NCBI RefSeq assembly: GCF_016433145.1
Contig: NC_058133.1
Location: 251,359,442 to 251,423,441, forward strand
Direction: 5' to 3'
DNA from: Gracilinanus agilis
Taxonomy: Eukaryota
Length of the DNA: 64,000 nucleotides
Position numbers and translations under genes: made by a program. Positions 1-12,300 of this stretch are shown here, one piece after another. The notes beneath the pieces were generated by a model that saw nothing but the letters and a program-made list of their open reading frames with translations, was not told where the DNA came from and did no database searches. Every line of letters starts with the position of its first letter. Positions within the stretch are counted from its first letter, which is position 1.

Positions 1-1201
1 ACATGGAGTATGGAGATAACCTGGGTCCAAAACTCACTTTCAACATTTATTAGCTGTGTGACCATAGAAAAGTCATTTAAGCCCTGATCTTCAATTTGCT
101 CATCTGGATAGGGCCAGGAAATGGACTTGAGATTTTATTGGCTACCAAAACTCTTAAAAATATCAGTGCAGTTTGGCACTTTCTAAAACTGCTTAGTCTT
201 AGTTGCCTAGAGCCCTGAGGTTAAGTGATTCACCCAGCAGTCACAGTTGTTGGTTACAGGTGGGTCTTCAACAAAGTTCTGAACAATTAGCAATTTCAGA
301 ACAATTTAGCAATTGACTGTGCCACAATAGCTTTCTATCTCATTTACAAAACAGAGAAAACAGTATCTAAGTCAGAGGGTGGTAAGGATCAGAATTTTCA
401 CATGCAATATAAATACCAGTTTACTTCACATGGACAGATCTATGCTTTTGACATCCTTTCCAGAGGTCCTATGATTCCATCAACTCTGCTTCCTCCCTCT
501 TGGAGACCTGTTATCAGTCCTAAAATTTCTAGTAGAGGTTTAAAAGTGGGACTAATCCCCACGGGCTCCTTTTATAAGACATTGACCTTAGAAGAATAAC
601 AATGGAGCTCTGGGCCCCTCCTCTGCCCATGTTCTCTCACCCTCATCTCCCCTTCCACCTGCTGTATATTCCCAGTATGTAGGAATATGGTAGATAAGTC
701 TGAAAGTTCCAGAATCTGTGTGCCCAGAAGCACACTTTGGAGGTGATAATGCTTGGAGCTAAACTGTAAGTCAGTTTAGGATAAATCCACATATGAAATG
801 AAGGGTGATGCCTCATCACAACACATTTCAGGTGATTCACCCAATTGCTAACGGGGGGTTCTTCCTGGAGTGAGTAGGGAAGCAATTGAATTCAGTAGGA
901 GGAAGAGATTGAACTAAGTGAAGAAACTACATCTTTCCTGGTTGGGGAGACTGGTTTCCCAGATTCCCTCATTATTAAATCAATATCGTTTATCTCCTCA
1001 ACTCATCTGGGTTAACCTAACCTTCACTAATTCCCCCTCAGGCTCCTCCCCACTCCACCCCTTCCTATAAGCACACCTAGATTTGAAGCAGTTATCACTA
1101 GGTCTTCTCCATCTTTTGTCACTCAGCCAAAGTGACTTCTAGGAGTTGCCCCTTAGCCCCCCCCACAAATACCGACACAAACTTGGCTACCATTGAATAG
1201 A

Positions 1202-1207
1202 TTTAAT
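1202..1207 (-). terminator. ATTAAA polyadenylation signal of C17orf114-like gene
   Basis: Plus-strand tttaat = ATTAAA on minus, about 65 nt downstream of the stop codon. Confidence 0.55.
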
Positions 1208-1271
1208 AAGAAGTGGTACATGTAGGGCCAGATTTGCCCACCACCTAGGAGTTGCGGATCCCCACCAGACT

Positions 1272-2625
<1,354 letters not shown>

Positions 2626-3306
2626 GTGAGGGAATAGGGGTCCTGGGGGGACTGGAACTAGGGGCCCAGCTGCGCTTATGAGACTTCAGGATTTCCCTCC
2701 CTTCCCAGTTTGGGAGGTAAAGCACGACTTCCTCATTGATTGCCATACCCCACCCTTTCCCGATCCATGTCTCGTGTTCACTCCATGCCTCTGAAAGCCC
2801 CTGCCTGGCATCCTGCCTTATGCCAGGGGCACTTGCCCCTCAGCAACTCTTCTTGCTGCTCCTCCGCTTTCCCCCTTCCCCCACCCCTCTTTCCCAGGGC
2901 CCCTTCTCTACCCTAGTTCTGAGACATCCTGTGCTGGGCTCTGTGCCTTCTCTCACGTTCTTGTCCCCTCCCCCTCTTCCCTAGGAGAGTTAAGAGAATG
3001 GGTACTGGGGAAGTGGGTGGTGAGAAGGAAGGAGAGAGATGGAGGGGGCTGGGGCTGGATCAGCACAGGAGACCAGAATTTGGGGGGGTCAAGGTTATGG
3101 TTAAAGAGAATGGGCAGCAGAAGAATGTTGAATTCAGAGTAAGATGAAGTTCAGGACCAGCAATAAAGGGGGAAAATATCCAATCGGGATCAGAGAAGGA
3201 AGAGTCAGTCTGAAAGAGGGGCTTAATGGAGGAAGGAAGTCTGGAAATCCAGAAGTCTTGAGGGAACAACCCCACCTTCCTGAGATCTCTTGGTCTGCTA
3301 TCCAGT

Positions 3307-6300
3307 ATGATGTCAAATCCAGAGGGAATGTTCCCTGGAGTTGATGGCCTCGACTCCAGGCAGCTCCAGATGGAACCAGATGAATTGGACACGTTGAAAG
3401 AAGGGGAAGATCCAGGTAATCTGGACAGGAAATGGGGGCAGTACAGGGCATAGGGGCTGCATCCATTCATAGGAGTGGGAAGAGGAAGAGGAAGCAAGGG
3501 ATCTGAGGGTGGGGACCATGGGGAAAAATATGGAGGTCAGGGTACAGTGCTCTAAGCTCCTCTGACCTCCATCCCCCCCAGCTGACCGGATGCATCACTT
3601 TTTGACCATCTATAACCTTCAGCCCCTGAGAAATCATCCCACAGTTTTTGCCCCTGGAGTCCCTGTTATTGCACAAGTCGTAGGCACTGAGAGATACACC
3701 AGTGGATCCAAGGTTAGGGGGCCAAATGCTTGGATACTTGAGGGGTTAAAGGGTAGTTATGTATATGGCTGGGGGAGGGGAACCCAGGAGAGAAAGAACC
3801 TAACACCCAGCACTTGGAACCTAAAGGTGGGCACGAGCACACTTTACTCTGTCCAACTCTCTCATGGTGATTTCACGTGGACAACAAAGAAGAAATTCCG
3901 AAATTTCCAAGAACTTCATAGAGACCTGCTGAGACACAAAGTTTTGATGAGTCTCCTTCCTCTGGCCCGGTGAGAAGAAGATGGGACCATCTTCAGTTTC
4001 TCAGAAAGCTCAAGCCCTTTTCTTTTTCCTCTCTACTGTCCCACCCCATCCCACCTCCTACGGGCTCCTGATTCTATGACAGACACTCAACTGTGGCTGG
4101 ATGCCCAATTTTACTCCTGCCATATTCCAGGCTTACTACCCCAAACCCCTCCATCCTCCCACCCCTACCAAAAGGGCCTCAAGACCAAGGCCATGGTAGC
4201 CACATCCTGCTAACCCTCCTTACCTAGAAATGTTGGCACAGTCACTTCTCCTCAGTGACTCAAGTAACATGATGTCTCTTCCCAGTCCCTATTTGATTTA
4301 TAACCACCACCACCACCCCCTTACAACCTTACAACCACCAGGTTTGCAGTTGCCTATTCCCCTTCCCAAGAAGTGGCTGCTACGGTGGAAATTCCCTCTT
4401 TGCCCAGAGTAGGTTCTGAGGGCTCCTCCAGACACAGAGCCAGCAAACAGGTATAGTCTGACAACTTTCCTGGGGGTAGGGGCAAGAGACAAGGAAGGGA
4501 ACAGTGAACCTGGCAAAACCTTGGTATGGGAATTTCTCTCAGCTACATCTTTTTCCCTTTCTTATCTTGCTCTAGAAATACCTAGAGAATTATCTCAACC
4601 ACCTCCTGGCCATTTCATTCTACCGCAACTACCATGCCATGGTGAGGTGGCCCTGAGCCAGAAACCTTGATCCTTGAGGGCATTAAAAGCCAGGGAACAG
4701 ATGCTTTGGTCCATAAGGATAGTGGGTGTTGGGAGGCCAGAAGTCTAGATCCTGAGGGCATTGGAAATTGGACTCCAACAAAGCTAGATTTTTGGGGTCT
4801 TCTGATATTTTTTCTTCCTCTTATTAGACAGAGTTTCTAGAGGTCAGTCCCTTCTCCTTCATACCTGACCTTGGTCCCAAAGGATTGTGAGTAACCCTGA
4901 CACCCTCACAGCTTCCAGTACCACCAACTTTCTTTGTGGCTTTGGATAAATCACTTCTCTCTGGGCTTCTATTTCCTCCTTTGTAAAATGAGGGAGTTAA
5001 ACTAAATGATTTTTGAGGGCCTTTCACTTCTAACACTATCATTCTACCTGTCTACTAGCTCCCATTTCATACCTTGTTATTGTTGCTCCCTTCCCAAAAA
5101 TACCCTAACCACTGGTGCCCCACTCCTTCCACCTTGGACAGCTGGAACAGTATTGGAAACTCCTGTCTCTAGGACTAGTAAATCTCTTTAACTTGTGGCC
5201 CCCACAGGGAAGGTTTGATTCGAAAACGCTCAGGAGGTCACCGAGTTCCTGGTTTTACCTGCTGTGGCCGAGGTCAAGTTTGTTACCGATGGTCCAAGAG
5301 GTGAATTGAGGGACCAGATGTGTGGGTCACTGAGGGTGCAGGAAGAGGAGAGTGGGGCAATAAATCCATGAAGGAAATGGGGGCTAGGTGACCAGACATC
5401 TATGTAGTATGCTTGAGAGCAACAGTTAATAATAAAGCTGGGGTCAAGGTGGGACTGATCAGATTCCTGGGTCACTAATCACAACTCATTCTTTCCTCCA
5501 GGTGGCTGGTGGTAAAAGACTCCTTCTTGTTGTACATGCGCCCAGAGACAGGCTCTATCTCCTTTGTCCAGCTTTTTGACCCTGAATTTGAGGTCCAGGT
5601 TGGGAAACAAAGCACAGAAGCACGTTATGGGGTCCGAATCGACACTTCTCACAGGTCAGGGACCAATGCCAACAAAGAATGGGAAAGATTGGAGAACATG
5701 GTCACATATCTGGGGAAGTTGGGTGAATAAAAGTAGAAGGGGCATAGGGATATTAGGAGGACTCAGCCAAGACAGGTAGGATGGGAGTAGTTGAGGGAAA
5801 CCTGGTGCACAGACTAAAGGGAAAAAGAGTGTCCTTCCCTAATTCTTACATTAATGTATATTGTCCATCATATACCCAGCCCCAGATTAGTGGCATAAAC
5901 AAAAGTTGAGACTATTTTCTGAGCCTGGTCCAGAATGGGAGGTGGAAGTACATTTTCTACATAGGGTAAGAACATCTTCATCTCCACATCCTAGATGCCC
6001 CCTACCCTTCATAGATACAGAGATAGAGTTGTAGATGAGGATTCAAAAGATGAATATGTTGTCCTGTTTGCACATTTCACGGCTTAAAAGGGAAGAACTG
6101 TTTTCTGGGAGTAGAGACATAGAGCTGGAGCAGAGAGGATGATAGACAGCAGTTGGGAGCATCAGTAATTGGCCCCTGTTTTTATCACTGCCCTAGGTCC
6201 CTGATCCTCAAGTGTAACAGTTACCGGCAGGCTCGATGGTGGGGTCAGGAAATCACAGAACTAGCTCAGGGTCAGGGTCGTGACTTTTTACAACTACACA

Positions 6301-9300
6301 GACACCAGAGCTATGCTCCACTCAGGCCAGGAACGATGGCCAGATGGTAAGACCTTCCTTTATCTGCTTTTACTATTCTTTACCCTCTCTAATCTCCCTT
6401 TCCCTCTCTCTGTCCTCTCTCTACCCCTCCTTGACCTCCCTCTACCCTCTCTGTCTTCTCTCTACCTCTCTCTGACCTCTCTCTACCCTCCTCCTCATTC
6501 TGATCTCTAACCGAATTCTGACCACCTCTTAATTTCCCTCTACCCACTTCTTTCTGTCCCCATTCCTCTTTCTTTTCAGACCTCTCTGATCAGATGTCCT
6601 GCTTTCTTTCTCCTTTCTCTTGTCTCCTGTTCTCCTAATCTCATATTTCTTTGACTTCTCTCCAGTTTCTGATCCCACTCTATTCTGTCCCATCCGCTTT
6701 GACTTTCTCCTGTCTCCTTAGTCCATTATCACCCCGCCCCATCTGACCCCTCCATGACCCTTTCTTCTGCCTTCTGGATCCCCTGATTTCCACTCTGTTC
6801 CTCACCCTTCCTCCAGGTTTGTAAATGGAGCTGGTTACTTTGCAGCTGTGGCTGATGCCATTCTTCAGGCCAGGGAGGAAATCTTCATTGCAGATTGGTG
6901 GTGAGTAATGGTAATCAGAGGACTGTGGAACATCTGGGTAGACTTCAGGAGAAGAGATTATGATGAGAGCTGGTTCAGGGGACAGCATAGGGACTATAAG
7001 GCTGGATCAGATGGAAGATTAGTCAAGGAGTCAAAGATGCCAGAGGGTAATGGGGGAGGACCTTTGGGATTTCCAAGGTATTGACTTGTTCTATTTTTAC
7101 CTATTCCCAGGTTGAGTCCTGAAATTTATCTGAAGCGTCCAGCCCATTCTGATGACTGGAGACTGGATGTTATGCTCAAAAAGAAGGCAGTAAGGAGGAG
7201 ATTGGGACTGGCACAGAAAGGGGACAAAGCCTATAGGAGGGAAGTGCTTATAGCATGAGGATAGGGTAAGAACACCTGGCACTGTCCAGGTGATCAGGCT
7301 TTGGACTATTCATTGCATAGTATAGGAGTCTTTCACAGAAAGGGATTAATAAAAATCCTCCTCAGATTTTCTTAAGGTACCGTGTCTGAGTTTCTCTCTT
7401 GCCCCATCACATTATACCAAATTTGTACATTGGATAAGATGTCAGAGGACCTGGGTGTGAATTATAGTTCTGCTATTTATTACCTGTGTGACCTAAACAA
7501 GTCACTCTTCCTCCTTGGATCTTGGTTTTCATCTGTGGGGTATGATGTTTATATGTAGTAGTATAGTATTAAATCCTATTTGGTAACTTTCTACAAGATT
7601 ATTTAGTATATATCAGTGGTTCCCAAACTTTTTTGGCCTACTGCCCCCCTTCCAGAAAAAATATTACTTAGTGCTCCCTGGAATTTATGAAACTATTTAT
7701 TGAACTCAGAATAGAATGTAATACAAAAAAAGTGTAGCCATCACTGCCCTCCTGGATCGCTGCAACACCCACCAGGGGGTGGTGGCATCCACTTTGGGAA
7801 TCACTGGTATATATGGAGGATTGTGACACAATTGGGCTTGTGTCACTTTTTCATCTTGATACCCCCCAAATCTAGTGGATTCCCCAAACACTGTAGAAGC
7901 TTAATGCATATTTGTTCAATTGAATTTATTGGAGTCAGAGCTTTTGAGGCTCTGCAAAAGGGACAGTGGACAGGAGAGCCAAAGGTTGAGAACAAAATGA
8001 ATGAGGCAAGAGAATGGTTTCCAAAGCATTTTCCATTGACAACTGATTCCCATTCCACCACAACTAGGAGGAGGGTGTTCGGATTTCTGTGTTACTGTTT
8101 AAGGAAGTGGAATTGGCCTTGGGCATCAACAGTGGCTATAGCAAGAAGGCTTTGATGCAGCTGCACCCTAATGTCAAGGTGATCCCCCCATCCCTTGGCT
8201 TTCTTGTCCTCCCCTGGTCCTTATTCCTGACTTCACCATGTCCACTCCTTCTTTGTCTCTAACTTCCATTTTCCTCAAGCCCACATGTTGAAATCATCAT
8301 AATTCACATTTTTATAGCACTTTAATCTTTACAAAACACCTTCCTCAAAACATTGGGGAGATACATGTAAAACCCAGTGGAATTGTGCGTTAGCTAAGGG
8401 GGGTTAGGGGGATTTTGGGGGAGAGGGAAAGAACATGAAATATGTAACTAGGGAAAAATATTCAAAATAAAAATTAAAAAAAACATTGGGGGGGGGTGCA
8501 GCTGGGTAGCTCAGTGGATTGAGAGTCAGGCCTGGAGATGGGAGGTCCTAGGTTCAAATCTGACCTCAGACACTTCCCAGCTGTGTGACCCTGGGCAAGT
8601 CATTTGACCCTCATTGCCTACCCTTACCACTCTTCTGCTGTGGTGCCAATACATAGTATTGACTCCAAGACGGAAGGTAAGGGTTTAAAAAAAAAAACAA
8701 CATTGGGGAGAGGGCATGATTATTATTCATTGTATAGGTAAAAAACTGATTTTCAAATAGGTTAAAGGACTTGCCCATAGTCATAGTCTTTTGACTACAA
8801 GAACAGTGCTCTTAGCATAAACAATGTAGCTTTTTCTACTTCCCCCAAAGCATTCTTTGAGATCCTATCTCTTCCCAAATCTTGTTTTCTTCTCATTTTC
8901 CTGCTCTTTCCAGGTGATGCGTCACCCAGACAATGTGACACTATGGGCCCACCACGAGAAGCTGCTGGTTGTGGACCAAGTCGTGGCTTTCATGGGAGGG
9001 CTTGACCTTGCCTATGGTCGATGGGATGATCTGCACTATCGGATCACTGACCTAGAGGGCTATAATGGAACTACCACCCCACAGGTAAATTTTACTTGGC
9101 ATTCCCCTCACACTCACACATTCTACTTCTCCTCCTAGGGCAGTGATGGGCAACCTTTTGAGCTTGGTGTGTCAAAATTCACCAGTAACCAAGCATAACT
9201 CAGGTGATGTGTCACTTTGAGAAAAAAAACCATAATTCTGTGATATTTATAGTTTAAATAACAAAAATGTATAATTGTAATTTATAACTATATTTAATAA

Positions 9301-12300
9301 ACCAAAATAGGTAAATTAATATAGGTAGAATTGTCATCTATAGTGCACAGAGTGTCTACACTACACTACAGCAAATATTTTATCCTTGGCATGCGGCCCC
9401 ATACTTCTCTGTATGCGGCCGCATGTCATTGAAAATGGCTATGTGTGTCAGTGCTGACATGCATGTCATAGGTTTGCCATCATCATCCTAGGGTGATCCC
9501 TGACCCTGAACCTCCTTTCTTAATCTTGAAGCCCAACTCCACCTTGTCCTTCCCAATTCTACCCTCCTTCTCTGTTTGCACATGTAGTCCTCTCCTGTCA
9601 TCAAGGATCACCCCTATTCTCAACCTTCTGGTTCTCTAAGATCCCTTCTTTTGCTTATTTATTTATTAGCCAATTACATATAATAAGAAATTTTCACATA
9701 AGTTTTCCTATGTTATATGAACAGATTTATCTCCCTCCCTCCCTTCCCTACCCCTTCCCAGTGCTGGCAGGCAATTCAATCCAAGAGCCCTTCTGATGTC
9801 ATCACATCTTAGGGCCCATCTTTCTGTCTTTTTGCCCCTTTGGGTTGGGATGTTTGGAGCAGGAGGGTGGGAACATCAATATTTCTTTTTTTTTTCATCT
9901 CTTATTGTATCTTTTCCTTTCTCTTAGTGTCTCTGTCTTATGTTTCCCAGTTTCTGTCTGGTTACACCTCTTCCATGGCTTTGGCTCCTATGACCCTGTC
10001 CCTGGGCTGGGTTTCTCATGGCCCCCCTGGGCTGGGTCTTTCCCCACACAGCTGCCCAGCCCATGCTCAAGACTTCCTGTTGCCCCTGACCTCTCCCACA
10101 ACCAACTGTTCTGGCTGGGCAAGGATTACAGCAATTTCATCACCAAGGATTGGGTACAACTGGACCGGCCCTTTGAGGGTGAGAGATTTCTCCTCTATAG
10201 CCCCAAGACTAAAATTCAGATCAAGGCAACCTTCTCTAGAGCAAGCATAATCTCCCTGTCCCTCTTGCTCTGTTATATGTATGTCTAGAAACTGGCTTCA
10301 GGGCCCTCTCTTTGATTTCTATCCTTTGGGGTTCCCCAGATTTTATTGACAGAGAGTCAATGCCCCGGATGCCATGGAGAGACGTGGGGGTTGTTGTCCA
10401 CGGGTCAGCAGCACGAGACCTTGCTCGACATTTCATCCAGCGTTGGAATTTTACCAAGGTTTCCCTTCACCTGGAAAAAAGGCTAATCTGAGGGAGGGGG
10501 AAAGGAGGCCAGTGTTAGTTCCACTGACTCTCTCTCCCGTCTCCAAATTTTAGACCACAAAGGCCAAGTACAAAATCCCTCCATACCCATATCTGCTACC
10601 CAAGTCAACCAGCACAGCCAACCAGTTACCATTTGCTCTCCCTGGAGGGCAATGTGTTACTGTACAGGTGAGACGGCCCCCTTCCTCAGAGTGTAAGTCT
10701 TCTCCCCAAAGTTCGTGGACCTCCTTTTCTTCCTTCTTGTCTCCTAGGTCCTTCGATCAATAGATCGTTGGTCAGCTGGGACCTCTGAGAGCTCCATCCT
10801 CAATGCATACCTACATACTATTCGGGAGAGCCGTCATTTTATCTACATTGAGGTGGGTGGGGCTAAAGTGAGGAATTAGGGTTTTGTCCAGAACAAGAGA
10901 CCAGGATTTCAGAGAGTATCACTGAGTGGGGATGACAGAGATTGGGGAACTAGAGAATTAGGGGAGGTGGGCTGTATTACTTATTCCCTATTGCTCACCC
11001 ATTAAACCCCATGTTCTACCAGAATCAGTTCTTCATCAGCTGCTCAGATGGACGGACAGTTCTGAACACAGTGGGAGATGCTATTGTGGAAAGGATTCTC
11101 AGAGCCCACAAGTAAGACAGTACAGAAGGGACTCTGGATGAGTGTATGGTCCAAGTAGAGGTGTCCAGCTCTGACCCCACACCCCTTTCCACAGGCAACA
11201 GCAGCGGTTTCGGGTATATGTGCTACTCCCCCTGCTCCCTGGGTTTGAAGGCGATATCTCCACAGGTGGTGGAAATTCTATCCAAGCTATTCTGCACTTC
11301 ACTTACAGGTCAGATACATAACCACCTGCCCCTCCTTAATTTTTCCCTTCTCTGTTTCTTTGACTCTTTCCTCTTTTTTTCAAACCCTTACCTTCCATCT
11401 TAGAATCAATACTGTGTATTGGTTCCAAGGCAGAAGAGCAATAAGGGCTAGGCAATGGGAGTTAGGTGACTTGCCCTGGCTCACACAGTTAAAAAGTGTC
11501 TGAGGTCAAATCTGAATTCAGGACCTCTCCTCTTTAGGCTTGGCTTTCAATCCACTGAACTACCTAGCTGCCTACCCACCTTCTCTCTTCAAATTCTCCC
11601 CTGTTCCTTCTCAACTCCATCCCTTTCCTCTTGACTCTTCCCCCCTTCTCAGGATCAGCTCTTTCCCCTGATTGCCATCTCTCCTTGTGTCTCCCCCAGG
11701 ACTCTTTGCCGTGGTGAATATTCAATCCTGCATCGCCTCAAAGCTGCCAGTGAGTGATGGTAGTTGGGGAGAGTCCTAGATGGATTTGGAAGTATTGGGA
11801 GAAGCTGGGATAGGGAGAGTGACTATTTCTCCATGTGACTGTTGATCTTGTATCAATCTAAAAGTAGTCATTCTGCTACAGGGACTATTATTGTTGTTAT
11901 TCAGTCATGTCCAACGTCTTGGTGGCCCCATTGGGAGTTTTCTTGGCAAATATACTGAAGTAGTTTGCCATTTTTTTTAAACACTTACCTTCCATCTTAG
12001 AATCAATATTGTGTTATTGTTCTAAGACAGGAGAATGGTAAGGGCTAGGCAGTGGAAGTTATGTGACTTGCCCAGGGTCACACAGCTAGTTTCTGAGGAT
12101 GGATCTGAACTCAAATCTTCCTGAATCAAGGCCTGGGTTCGTCTCCACTGTTTTATCTACTAGCTACCCTACAGTGACAAAGGATAATAAAAACTTTTCA
12201 TAGGCTTATATAGAGTTAGAGCTTGAAGAAACCTCTTATTTTATAGACCAGGAAACTGAGGTCTAAAGAGATTAAGTGACTTTCCTGAGTACCTGGTAAC

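Noticed and set aside
1-1200. Search for PSMB6 exons expected upstream by human synteny
   Set aside because: No proteasome-subunit-like translation found; the gene probably lies outside the window.
9951-10051. Upstream alternative acceptor (tttcccag at 9950) that might extend PLD2 exon 15 like the PLD1 loop
   Set aside because: A 101-nt extension is out of frame.
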